The position numbers and the translations under genes were made by a program. Positions 46,352-55,727 of a stretch of 64,000 nucleotides of DNA are shown here, piece after piece. The notes beneath the pieces were generated by a model. That model did not search any database. It saw nothing but the letters and a program-made list of their open reading frames with translations, and had not been told where the DNA came from. Source of the stretch: Alphaproteobacteria bacterium (GTDB taxonomy: Bacteria; Pseudomonadota; Alphaproteobacteria; MPNO01; UBA2964); NCBI GenBank assembly GCA_009377375.1, contig WHUE01000007.1:2816-66815 (forward strand). The letters run 5' to 3'. Position 1 is the first letter of the stretch. Each line of letters starts with the position of its first letter.

Positions 46352-47502
46352 TCCGCCGCCGCGCCGCGCGCGTCCCGCTCGAGCGCGGCGATCCGCGCCT
46401 CGACCGGTACGCGCCGCCGCACCGCCCAGAGATAGAGCCCGCTGCCCAGCACCACGATGGTGATGATGTCGAGCAGCGCCCAGAGAATCTTCAGCGGCAG
46501 CCCGCCGTAATCGCCGAAATGCAGCGGCTGGGACACCAGAAGCGCGGTCACGTACCAGGGCAGATCGCGCGTCGCGGTCAGCCGACCGGTCTTGGCATCG
46601 ACGAGAACCGGCTTCACCAGCCGCGCGGTCAGCGGCGTTTCGCCGCGCATGAACACCGCGTAATGATGCGGGCTGGTAAAGGGCGTTCCCGGAAAGGCGA
46701 CGAAGGACGGGACCGTGTCGGGCGCCGCCTCGCGCGCGACCTCGATGGCGGGCCCGACCGGACCCGGCCGGCGCAGCGGGGGCGCGTCCCGGTAGGCCGC
46801 GACCATCTCGGCGAGCTGGTCGTTCTTCCACACGGCGAGGACGAGATCGGCCCAGGTGTTGATCACGCCGGTGGCGCCCACGACCAGCGCCCAGGACAGG
46901 GTGACGACGCCCAGCAAGTTGTGCAGATCGAGCCATTTCAGCCGCCGCGAGCCGCCCCTCCGCACGGTCCCGAAATCGAGGCGGCGCATGAACGGCCCGT
47001 AGACGACGACGCCGGACACGATGGCGACCACGAACAGCAGGCCCATCGCGCCGAGAAAAAGCTTGCCCGCCAGTCCCGCGAACATGTCGACATGCAGCGA
47101 CAGCAGGAAGTCCATCACGCCGTCCTGCCCGTTCCGTTCGGCGAGAACGGCAGCCGTGCGAGCATCGATCGCGACGGGGTCGTTTTCCACCGCATCGAGC
47201 GCGTCGGCGACCAGGAGCCAGATCACGTCCGGCGCATCGGCGTCCCAGACGAGGTACTGGGCGACCTTGCCGTCGCGCCCCGCCATTCCCGCGGTCACGA
47301 TCTCGTCCAGCGCAGCTTTCGGCGTCCCTGCCGGCATTTCCGGCGCGGAGACAGCATCGCCGAGCATCTCGTCGAGCTCATGATGGAAGATGAGCGGCAA
47401 TCCCGTCAGGCAGAGCATCAGAAGAAACGCCGTGCAGACCAGGCTCGTCCATTTGTGGACCCGGCACCAGATACCGATCGTGTTCGCCCGGAGCATCGTC
47501 AA
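46348..47502 (-). CDS. PepSY-associated TM-helix protein (ferrisiderophore reductase-like)
   Basis: VHKWTSL, LHVDMF, DLHNLLG, QPLHFGDYGG conserved His pattern. Confidence 0.88.
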   Translation of the reverse strand: MTMLRANTIGIWCRVHKWTSLVCTAFLLMLCLTGLPLIFHHELDEMLGDAVSAPEMPAGTPKAALDEIVTAGMAGRDGKVAQYLVWDADAPDVIWLLVADALDAVENDPVAIDARTAAVLAERNGQDGVMDFLLSLHVDMFAGLAGKLFLGAMGLLFVVAIVSGVVVYGPFMRRLDFGTVRRGGSRRLKWLDLHNLLGVVTLSWALVVGATGVINTWADLVLAVWKNDQLAEMVAAYRDAPPLRRPGPVGPAIEVAREAAPDTVPSFVAFPGTPFTSPHHYAVFMRGETPLTARLVKPVLVDAKTGRLTATRDLPWYVTALLVSQPLHFGDYGGLPLKILWALLDIITIVVLGSGLYLWAVRRRVPVEARIAALERDARGAAAE

Positions 47503-49832
47503 AAGGTCATCTCCAGCCCTATGCCATAGGTGCGCGGCTGCAGGATGTTCGCCACGTCGTCGCCCGCGGTCGTGCCGGGCTCGATGTAGATGGGCTCATC
47601 CGAATCGAGGAGGTTGTTGATGAAGGCGAAAATGCGGATGTTGACCGATCCTTCGGACAACCTGTAGCCCGCCTGCGTGTTGAGCACGAAATGCGGCTCG
47701 GTCTTTCCCCGGGCGTTGTTGTTGATGCTGGAAAAATAGGCATCCGAAAAGCGTGCGTCGGCGCTCACGTCGAGACCGCTTTCATGGCGGTAACTCGCGC
47801 CGAAGCTGGTGGTGAAAGCGGGGGACTGAGCCAGCTCGTTGCCTTCGATCCCGGAGCCCGGATATTCGGTGACCTCGGTCTTCAGAAGCCCTACTTCCGC
47901 AAACAGCTCGAGACCTGGCGCCGCCAGCCATCTCGCCCCCACCTCGGCGCCGTAGGTGACGGCCTTGTCCGCATTGCGGATGACGACCGACCACACCGCG
48001 GGATCCGGGTTGAGGTCGAACGGAAGCTGCATGTTCTCGTATTCGGAGTAGAACAGATTGCCGGTCAGGCCGAGCTTGCCGCCAAACAGATCCGCTCGCG
48101 TGTAGGCCTCGTATGTCCACACGTATTCGGGATCGAAGGTATAGCTCTGGAACGGAGCATTGTAGGTGAACCCGGCGCCGCCGCCGTTGTAGCCCCGCGA
48201 GGCGAGGGCGCCGATCGTGAGCGCGTCGGTCGCGTGCCAGGCAATTCCGAGTTTGGGCAGGAAGGCCGAGTACGTCTCGTCGAGATCGATACCGAACACG
48301 CCAGCGCCGCCGCTGCGCCGCCGATGCTCCTGCTCGACCCGCGCGCCCATGGTCAGGTCGATGCGCTTGAATATCTCGTACGTCCCTTCGCCGAAGGCGG
48401 CGACGGTCTTGGTATGATCGTCGAAATTGCCGGGAGTCGGAAAGTCGATGAACTCATCCTGGCTCGCCTGAAAATAGTAAAGTCCGCCCACCCCGTTCAG
48501 GCGCCCGCCCAGACCCGAGAACCGCACGCGCGGCTCCAGAACCACCTCGCGGCTCTCGATCTCGGCGTTGCCTTCGCCCGGGAGGGCATGGCGCTTGATG
48601 TTCACGTCCGTCAGCGAGGCCGTGCCTTCCAGGGCGAGGTTGTCGGACAGCTCCCATGTCGTGTCCAGTGTCCCGCTGGTCGATTTCGGATTGAAGACGG
48701 GCATGGCCTGGGTCGATCCGACATGATCGCGGAACGGGCGCCGGATGAACTCCGACTGCGGTCCGGTATGATCGGAATGGCTTATGGTGGCGAGGGCGGA
48801 GAAGCCGTCCAGCGATTTCGGCTCGAACAGCAACTTCCCGCGCAGCATGGTCGTCTCAAACTCTTCCGGATCGATGCCGTTATAGTCCTGAAAATGAACG
48901 TGGCTCTCGCTCGTCTTGCGGTCGAAGGCGAGCCGAAAGGCCACCTGATCCTCCAGTAGGGGCCCGGACACGAAGGCCGATCCCTGGCGCGTGTCCAGGT
49001 TGCCGACAAGCCCGCGGCCACCGGCTTCGTAGTGGTAGGTCGGGTCCTTGGTCTTGACGACGACGGCGCCGGCGATCGCGTTGCGCCCCTGCAGCGTGCT
49101 CTTGTGCCCGCGGAGAACCTCCACCTGATCGACGTCCCAAAGCGAGACGTCGCCGAAGACGACCTCGTTGTAGCTCAACGGGCGTCCGTCGACCTGCATG
49201 CTCAGGCGCGGCCTGGTGCCGGCGAAGAATGCGTCGGCTCCTTGCGCGGGGCCGGTCCCGTCCACCCCGCGTACGGTCGGCGCGAAATTTCCCGTCCCGC
49301 TTGTCGTCACGTTCGGAATCCGTTCGAGAATCTCGTTCGTCGAATCGAGCCCGGGCCGCGCCGCGATGCCTTGCCCGTCGAACACGGCGACGCTCGAGGC
49401 TGTTTCCCTGAGCGACCGTACCGTCCGTTCGGCGGTCACGGCGATGGGCCCCAGCCGCATCGGACCGCCGGGCTGGGCTCGTTCGATAGTGGCCGTGGCC
49501 GGCTCGGTGAAGCGCCAGCCCAGCCCGCTGCCCGCAAGCAGGATGCCGAGGGCCTCTGCCGGCGTGTGGCGGCCCGAAACCTGCGCGCCGCGCTTGCCGG
49601 CGACCAGCCCTGACGCGAACAGGATGCGTATGCCGGCGCGGTCGGCGAGCCGGACCAGCGCCTGGCCCAGCGGCTGGGGCGGGATGTCGAACGCCACCTC
49701 CGCGGCGGCGTCCACCTGCGCCAGCGCCCGCCCCGGCTCTTCCGCCGCCGCGCCGCCGGCCTGCGGCGCCCCAGCCAGAAGCAGCGCCGCCGCCGTGCAA
49801 AGTGTCCTGACCGTCAGGTCGTGACCCGCCAT
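47499..49832 (-). CDS. TonB-dependent transducer/receptor with N-terminal STN domain (FyuA-like barrel by eye)
   Basis: Signal peptide; FDIPPQPLGQAL STN; TonB box IAVTAER; plug LQGRNAIAGAV; C-terminal PRTYGIGLEMTF. Confidence 0.92.
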   Translation of the reverse strand: MAGHDLTVRTLCTAAALLLAGAPQAGGAAAEEPGRALAQVDAAAEVAFDIPPQPLGQALVRLADRAGIRILFASGLVAGKRGAQVSGRHTPAEALGILLAGSGLGWRFTEPATATIERAQPGGPMRLGPIAVTAERTVRSLRETASSVAVFDGQGIAARPGLDSTNEILERIPNVTTSGTGNFAPTVRGVDGTGPAQGADAFFAGTRPRLSMQVDGRPLSYNEVVFGDVSLWDVDQVEVLRGHKSTLQGRNAIAGAVVVKTKDPTYHYEAGGRGLVGNLDTRQGSAFVSGPLLEDQVAFRLAFDRKTSESHVHFQDYNGIDPEEFETTMLRGKLLFEPKSLDGFSALATISHSDHTGPQSEFIRRPFRDHVGSTQAMPVFNPKSTSGTLDTTWELSDNLALEGTASLTDVNIKRHALPGEGNAEIESREVVLEPRVRFSGLGGRLNGVGGLYYFQASQDEFIDFPTPGNFDDHTKTVAAFGEGTYEIFKRIDLTMGARVEQEHRRRSGGAGVFGIDLDETYSAFLPKLGIAWHATDALTIGALASRGYNGGGAGFTYNAPFQSYTFDPEYVWTYEAYTRADLFGGKLGLTGNLFYSEYENMQLPFDLNPDPAVWSVVIRNADKAVTYGAEVGARWLAAPGLELFAEVGLLKTEVTEYPGSGIEGNELAQSPAFTTSFGASYRHESGLDVSADARFSDAYFSSINNNARGKTEPHFVLNTQAGYRLSEGSVNIRIFAFINNLLDSDEPIYIEPGTTAGDDVANILQPRTYGIGLEMTF

Positions 49833-49968
49833 GTTATCGCCCCTCCTTCGCGCGCCGGTCCCGGACGCGGCAATTGTTAAGATTGCGAATTAATCGCACC
49901 CATGCCTTAACGACGTTTCGCGGGAGGCGACCTTGCAGCACCCGGCGAAAAAAAATCGCCGGGGCGTC
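49482..49968. repeat. Copy 1 of a ~490-nt duplicated upstream region + signal peptide + STN block
   Basis: Aligns by eye with 53617-54104. Confidence 0.85.
49882..49900. promoter_or_regulatory. Fur-alpha-like box
   Basis: ATTGCGAATTAATCGCACC upstream of receptor 1. Confidence 0.7.
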
Positions 49969-50083
49969 ACCGCGGCGTCGAAGGCCCGGACCATATCGGA
50001 GGGACAGAGCAGCGGCAGGCGGGACTGATGCCTGCCGCAGCACGTACGCACCGCGCGAGCCGCCACTTGAATGCTACTGAATG

Positions 50084-51613
50084 CTACCCGCTGCTTTTTT
50101 CTAGCCAACGGACGACGGCGCGCCGGCCCGACCATTCCGTCGTCCGGAGGGTCACCGATCGGACATCGTCTGCAGATCGGCCGTCCGGCAGAAGAACCGT
50201 CAAACGGTTCGGATCGTCGCCCAGCCGTCGCGTGACGGTTTCGCCGCCGTTCAGGAGGATCGTGGCCTCCGCCTGCCGGATGGCATCGAAGCAACCGGCA
50301 CAGAAGCGGACGAGCAGCGCGGGCCGGCCGAAATCGCGCACCAGGACCGCCGATACCGCCTCCGCGCGGGGAGCCCCCTGCCCCAGATCCCGTTCCACCT
50401 GCGGCCCTTCGCCGTAGTTCCGCACAAACGCCGGCAAAGCTGCCAGCGGCAGCGCCAGCAGCGCGGCGTTGACCGCCCAGAAAGGACGCATTGCGGGGCG
50501 CCGGACGCCGGGCGTGACGCCGGCGCGGGAAGTCCGCCGGATCCACACGACCAGGCCGCTCGCGGCCACCGCCGTCAGCACCGCGCCGAACGCAGCCCAT
50601 ACCAGCTTGGAGGCGAGACCGGCGAAATCGCCGAAATGCAGCGGATCGGCCATATGCGCCCAGCGCTCGGCAAGGCCCATCATGCCGGGATGGCGCACAC
50701 CGAGCACCGCGCCGGTCACGGGGTGGACGACGACCCGCGCCGCCCGGTCCCGCACGAGGGCGGCGCCCGTCTGCCCGAAGACGACGTAGGGGCGGAGCGC
50801 CGAGCGGGGCAGCTCGACCGTGCGGACTTCCAGCGCGGGCAACGCCCGCCGGGCGGCCGCGACGGCGGCGGCGATGCCGACCACAGGCGGCGGTGCGGAA
50901 GCCTCCTGCGGCGGCGCGAGCACGGCCGGACCCGCCTGGAGCTCCACCGAATAGCCGGACGCCTCCTGCATGGCGCGCTCGGCCAGATACCAGAGGCCGG
51001 TCGCCGCCATGGCCAGTGCGAACCAGATGGACCACACCCCGCAGAACCGGTGCAGGTCGCCCCAGAACACGCGCCAGCCGCGGCCGGCCCGCAAGCGGAA
51101 GAAGCCGCGCCAGAACCGCTTCGACAGCGTCAGACCGGAGGCCAGCGAGCCGGCGAGGAGGAAGGACAGGGCGCAGACCGCATAAAGCGCCAGACTCGTA
51201 GAGGTCAGGAGCTGATAGTGAAGCTGGCGCATCACCATCGGAAAGCGGAGCAGACCCGCCTCGCCCGTCACCCGCATCGTGGCGGGATCGACGAACACGT
51301 CACGCCATGCGCCGTCCTCGCGGGTGCCCGACACGCGCCAGGCGAAGGCCGGGCCGGGACCGGCGCTCACATAACCGAACGCGCGATCCGGGTAGGTGCG
51401 ACGCGCGGCCGCGAGCACGCCCTCCCAGCTCTCCGGCCCGCCGGCGGCCTCGGCGCGTACACGATCGGAATACAGCCATTCGATCTCGTGGCTCAGCGTG
51501 GCCACTGTCCCCGTCGCCAGAACCAGCAGCATGAACAGGGTGAGCGCCAGCCCGAGCCACCCGTGGACGGTCAGCCAGCCCCGCCCGCGCCCGCCGCGGG
51601 CGGCAGCTACCAT
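50084..51613 (-). CDS. PepSY-associated TM-helix protein with a C-terminal extension
   Basis: VHGWLGL, LHYQL, DLHRFCG, DPLHFGDF; extra TM plus ~100-aa tail containing CAGC. Confidence 0.85.
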   Translation of the reverse strand: MVAAARGGRGRGWLTVHGWLGLALTLFMLLVLATGTVATLSHEIEWLYSDRVRAEAAGGPESWEGVLAAARRTYPDRAFGYVSAGPGPAFAWRVSGTREDGAWRDVFVDPATMRVTGEAGLLRFPMVMRQLHYQLLTSTSLALYAVCALSFLLAGSLASGLTLSKRFWRGFFRLRAGRGWRVFWGDLHRFCGVWSIWFALAMAATGLWYLAERAMQEASGYSVELQAGPAVLAPPQEASAPPPVVGIAAAVAAARRALPALEVRTVELPRSALRPYVVFGQTGAALVRDRAARVVVHPVTGAVLGVRHPGMMGLAERWAHMADPLHFGDFAGLASKLVWAAFGAVLTAVAASGLVVWIRRTSRAGVTPGVRRPAMRPFWAVNAALLALPLAALPAFVRNYGEGPQVERDLGQGAPRAEAVSAVLVRDFGRPALLVRFCAGCFDAIRQAEATILLNGGETVTRRLGDDPNRLTVLLPDGRSADDVRSVTLRTTEWSGRRAVVRWLEKSSG

Positions 51614-53967
51614 TTGAGCGCATAGGACACCGAGACCCGCGTTCCCTCCTCGGGCACCCAGGTGAATCCGTTGTTGCCGGATTCCGAGGCGATGGAGAAA
51701 TACTTTTCATTCAGCAGGTTGCGCACGCCGAGACGGAGCACGCCGCGCCCGACGTCGAACTCCGCCGAGAGATGCACCAGGAACACGCTGTCGATCTCGC
51801 CTTCGTCGAACGCCGTGCTATCGCCGAACTCGTCGCGCGAATGCCGGTAGTCGAACCGGATAGCATTTCGCCACCACGCGTACGGGCTGTAGCGCACGAA
51901 CGCGCCGACCGTCAGCGGCGGGTTATCGCGCGTGCCGATCCGCCGGGCGTCGGCGCCCTCCGGATAGCGGACGCCGTCCTGCCAGCCCAAAATGCCGCCG
52001 AGGGACCACTGGCGGTCGATCTTCCAGTCGGCGGTCGCTTCCAGCCCCCAGATCTTGCGGGGCTCGCGCAGCGGCGTGCACGGGTTCACGCCGTCGCATA
52101 CCAGTGAGCTGATGAGATCGGATTCCGTGTAGAACGCCGCGACGGTGGCGGAAAGCGACCGCCAGTCGCCCCGAAGCCCGACCTCGTACTGGTCCGACTT
52201 CGCGGGTTGCGGGTCTATTTCCTCCGCCGTGGAAGCGCTGCGCGCCGCGCGGCCGATCTGCGTGATCTCCGCCCCCTGGGTATAGGTTGCGAACAGGTCG
52301 AGCGCCGGCCGCAGCGCATAGACCGCGCCGGCGTTGAACAGGGTGAGGTTGAACGACTGGATATCGCCGCCCTGGATGCCGCCATTGCCGGATACCGTCT
52401 CGGCCGAGCCGCTATACCGCTCGTGGCGCACACCGCCGCTGAGCCGCAACGGGCCGAACGGCGCCTCGAGCTGCACATAGGGCGCGAGCGTGTCGAGCGT
52501 CACGTCGGGCGAGAAATACGTGCGCAACTCTCCCGTATCGGTGAAGAACGTGGGACGGTAGTAGCGATTGCGGATTGCATCCACGCCATAGGAAACCGTC
52601 ATGCCGTCGCGCACCGAGTCGAGCGGCGTGGTCAGGCCGGACCGGACCCCGTAATACTGGTTGTACTGCTCGTCCCGCGAGATCCGGCCGCCCACCACAG
52701 AGAACGATTCGGTATAGGTGTCGCTGTTGAACAGCTCCAGCTTCAGCGCGCTGCCGAACAGGTCGGGCTGCTCGTAGCTGAGGTTGACGGTCCGCCCCTC
52801 GCGATAGTTGTCGTCCCCCGGCCGGTTTCTCTGCACCGAGCTCTGCGTGACGCGATAGGTGCCCAGGCCGTCGAGGTCGTATCCCTCGATCGCATCGACG
52901 TAGCTGTACGTTGCCGCCAGCCGCAGCCGGCCCGCCTCGCCGAGATCGTAGCCGAACGACCCGTCGAAGGCGGACAGGAATTCTTTGTTGTTGGCGAGCC
53001 CGTTGGGGCTGTTGAAGCCGAGCGCGCGGTCTCCGCGGGGGTCGAACTCGTTGCCGTCGAAGCCGAGCGCGCCGCCGAGATGGAAGTCGAACTTGTCTAT
53101 GATACGGGAGGCGCTCTGGTAGACGGTGGTCTGGAGGCTGCCGCCCGGGTGATGCGGATTAACGCTTACGCTGGCGCGCGACTGCAGGGCGAGATCGGTC
53201 GATTCGGCGCGCGGGGTGGACAGCGCGATGATCCCGCCCGGCGAACCGAAGCCGTAGGCGGAGTTGGCGCCGCGGCTGACCTCGACCGCATCGAGCTGAT
53301 CCGGCGTGACGAGGTTCAGGTCCGAGCCGCTGCTGGCGCGGAGCTGCTCGTTTACGGGCACACCGTTGATGAAGACCTGCGCCGTGCGGCCCCTGATCTG
53401 GCGTACGCCGTTGTTCGTCGGGTTGAAGCCCGGCACCTCGCGCGACAGAATGTCCTCGATCCGCGGCGCCGTCGCCTGCTGGCTGCGGATCGTCTCCCGG
53501 TCGACGACCGTTATCGAGGCCGGCACGTTCGACAGCGGGGCGGGATCGACGTTGCGGGACCCGAGCACGGTCACCGGATTCAGCCGCATCCGGCCGTTCT
53601 CCGCCGCCTCGGACGGCTCGACGGTCACCGTTCCCGGCTCGATGAAGCGCCAGCCCAGCCCGCTGCCGGCGAGCAGGATACCGAGGGCCTCTGCCGGCGT
53701 GTGACGACCGGCGACGGCAGCGCCGCGCTTGCCGGCGACGAGTTCCGAGGCGAACAGGATGCGTATCCCGGCGCGATCGGCGAGCCGGACCAGTGCCTGC
53801 CCAAGAGGCTGGGCCGGGATATCGAACGCGATCTCGGCCGCCGCGCCAGCCTGCGCCAGCGCCCACCGCGGCTCTTCCGCCGCCGCGCCGCCGGCCTGCG
53901 GCGCCACGGCCAGAAGCAATGCCGCCGCCGCGCAAAGTGTCCTGAACGTCATGTCATGATCCGCCAT
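51607..53967 (-). CDS. TonB-dependent transducer/receptor with N-terminal STN domain (IutA-like barrel by eye)
   Basis: STN FDIPAQPLGQAL; TonB box VTVLGSR; plug VEVSRGANSAYGFGSPGGII; C-terminal EGTRVSVSYALKW; start re-picked at 53967. Confidence 0.92.
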   Translation of the reverse strand: MADHDMTFRTLCAAAALLLAVAPQAGGAAAEEPRWALAQAGAAAEIAFDIPAQPLGQALVRLADRAGIRILFASELVAGKRGAAVAGRHTPAEALGILLAGSGLGWRFIEPGTVTVEPSEAAENGRMRLNPVTVLGSRNVDPAPLSNVPASITVVDRETIRSQQATAPRIEDILSREVPGFNPTNNGVRQIRGRTAQVFINGVPVNEQLRASSGSDLNLVTPDQLDAVEVSRGANSAYGFGSPGGIIALSTPRAESTDLALQSRASVSVNPHHPGGSLQTTVYQSASRIIDKFDFHLGGALGFDGNEFDPRGDRALGFNSPNGLANNKEFLSAFDGSFGYDLGEAGRLRLAATYSYVDAIEGYDLDGLGTYRVTQSSVQRNRPGDDNYREGRTVNLSYEQPDLFGSALKLELFNSDTYTESFSVVGGRISRDEQYNQYYGVRSGLTTPLDSVRDGMTVSYGVDAIRNRYYRPTFFTDTGELRTYFSPDVTLDTLAPYVQLEAPFGPLRLSGGVRHERYSGSAETVSGNGGIQGGDIQSFNLTLFNAGAVYALRPALDLFATYTQGAEITQIGRAARSASTAEEIDPQPAKSDQYEVGLRGDWRSLSATVAAFYTESDLISSLVCDGVNPCTPLREPRKIWGLEATADWKIDRQWSLGGILGWQDGVRYPEGADARRIGTRDNPPLTVGAFVRYSPYAWWRNAIRFDYRHSRDEFGDSTAFDEGEIDSVFLVHLSAEFDVGRGVLRLGVRNLLNEKYFSIASESGNNGFTWVPEEGTRVSVSYALKW

Positions 53968-54104
53968 CTTTAGTGCCCCTCGTTCGCACGCCCGCCACGG
54001 ACGCGGCAATTATTGAGATTGCGAATTATTCGCACCCATGCCTTTACGACGCTGCGGGAGGGGCGACCTTGCAGCGCCCGGCGAAAAAAAATCGCCGGGG
54101 CGTC
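53617..54104. repeat. Copy 2 of the duplicated upstream region + signal peptide + STN block
   Basis: Aligns by eye with 49482-49968. Confidence 0.85.
54018..54036. promoter_or_regulatory. Fur-alpha-like box
   Basis: ATTGCGAATTATTCGCACC upstream of receptor 2. Confidence 0.7.
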
Positions 54105-54107
54105 CGC

Positions 54108-55067
54108 TCAGCGGATGGCGGTCAGAAGCGGCAGGCGGGTCACGGTGACGGGAAGCGACCGTTCGACGGCGCGCAGCAGGGCGTCCACATCGGCGAGATC
54201 GAACACGCCGGTCACTTCCAGGGCCGCCGCCCGGTCGGTGAGGATGACGACGCGCCCGGCATGGTACGGCGCCACGGCCGCGATCACCTCGCGCAGCGGG
54301 CGCCGGTCGAACATCGCCCTGCCCCGCAGCCAGGCGGTCTCTGCGGCGGCGACCGCGCGCGATTCCGACAGCCGGCCGTCGCCGTCATAGCCGGCCCCGT
54401 CGCCCGCGGCCAGGCGAGTGCGGCCGCTCCCCGCCGCCAACTCGACCTCGCCTTTTACGACAACCACCCGGGCGCCGTCGCCGGCACGGGCGACCTGGAA
54501 CACCGTGCCGAGAACCCGCGCCTCGCCCCTTCCGGCGACCACGACGAAGGGCCGGGAGGGATCCCGCGCAACGTCGAAATGCGCGCGCCCGCCATGCAGG
54601 AGGATGCGCCGCACCCCCTCCGCGAACGCGACCGACGCCGCGCTGCCGGCGTCGAGCGTCAGCTTCGAGCCGTCCGGCAGCCCCACGACGCGGCGTTCGC
54701 CCAACCCGGTCGCGTAATCGGCGAAAAGCCCCGGCCAGTTCACCTGCTTTTCCAGCCCGACCGCGAGTAGCACAGCCCCGGCCGCCGCCGCCATCCCCAG
54801 CAGGGTCCGCCGCCGCAGGGCCCGAGACGCCGGCGCGGCGATGTCGGGCGGCCGCCGGACCGCGCCGAGATCGGTCCAGAGCGCTTCGGCTTCGCGCGCC
54901 GCGGCGTCGTTCTCCGGATGCGCCCGCCGCCACGCCTCGAACCGCGCGCGCTCCTCCGCCCCGGCGCGACCCGAGCGAAGCCGGACGAGCCAGCCGATCG
55001 CCTGGTCCGATGCGGAGCTGCCGCCTTCGCGCTCAGGTTGGTCGCGTCGAGTCATACCGGTTCCCAT
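54108..55067 (-). CDS. fecR: FecR-family transmembrane anti-sigma/signal transducer
   Basis: AIGWLVRL, FEAWR, TGLGERRVVGLPDGS, VLGTVF, AWLRG, GVFDL; start approximate. Confidence 0.92.
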   Translation of the reverse strand: MGTGMTRRDQPEREGGSSASDQAIGWLVRLRSGRAGAEERARFEAWRRAHPENDAAAREAEALWTDLGAVRRPPDIAAPASRALRRRTLLGMAAAAGAVLLAVGLEKQVNWPGLFADYATGLGERRVVGLPDGSKLTLDAGSAASVAFAEGVRRILLHGGRAHFDVARDPSRPFVVVAGRGEARVLGTVFQVARAGDGARVVVVKGEVELAAGSGRTRLAAGDGAGYDGDGRLSESRAVAAAETAWLRGRAMFDRRPLREVIAAVAPYHAGRVVILTDRAAALEVTGVFDLADVDALLRAVERSLPVTVTRLPLLTAIR

Positions 55068-55129
55068 GGTTCCGCCCTGCGGCCCTGTCTGTAAAGACGA
55101 CTCAGCCGCGCCCGGCAACACCGGCCACG

Positions 55130-55651
55130 TCATTCTTCCGGGTCAAGAGAGCGGAGCCGGTCGCGGCAATGGCGCAGCGCCTGGGCGATGTATTTCGCCA
55201 CCATGCTTTCGGAAACGCGGAGCCGCACGGCGATGGCCGCATGGGTCATCCCGTCCAGCCGGTGGAGGATCAGCGCGGCGCGAGAGTTGGGCGGCAGCTC
55301 GGCCAGCGCCCGTTCCAGCAGGGCAAGGCGCTCCCGCGCGCCGACCGCCCGTTCGGCACCGGGCACCGGATCGGCCAGCGCCTCAAGCGGCGCGTCGGGA
55401 GCCATCCGGGCGGCCCGCCGCACGTCGCGCCGCGCGCTGTCGATGACGAGATTGGCCGCGATTCGGAACAGGTAGGCGCGGGCGTCCAGAATCTCCGCCC
55501 CCGCCGGCACCGCCGCCAGGCGAAGATAGGTATCCTGCGCCAGCTCGCGCGCGCGGTCGGTCGTGCCGACGCGGCGGCCGATGAAGCGCAGCAGGTCGTC
55601 GTAATGGGCCTGAAAACAGGCGATCAGGTCGGGCCGGCCGGTGCGTGTCAT
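55130..55651 (-). CDS. fecI: FecI-like ECF sigma factor
   Basis: ARELAQDTYLRL, AYLFRIAANL, LHRLDGMTHAAIA, SESMVAKY. Confidence 0.92.
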   Translation of the reverse strand: MTRTGRPDLIACFQAHYDDLLRFIGRRVGTTDRARELAQDTYLRLAAVPAGAEILDARAYLFRIAANLVIDSARRDVRRAARMAPDAPLEALADPVPGAERAVGARERLALLERALAELPPNSRAALILHRLDGMTHAAIAVRLRVSESMVAKYIAQALRHCRDRLRSLDPEE

Positions 55652-55687
55652 GGTCCGCTGCGGGAGTTGCCGACCCTGTGTATCTCA

Positions 55688-55706
55688 AATGCGAATGACT
55701 ATCAAT
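55688..55706. promoter_or_regulatory. Fur-alpha-like box
   Basis: AATGCGAATGACTATCAAT upstream of fecI. Confidence 0.65.
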
Positions 55707-55727
55707 TTCGTTGGAAAAAGACGCGGC

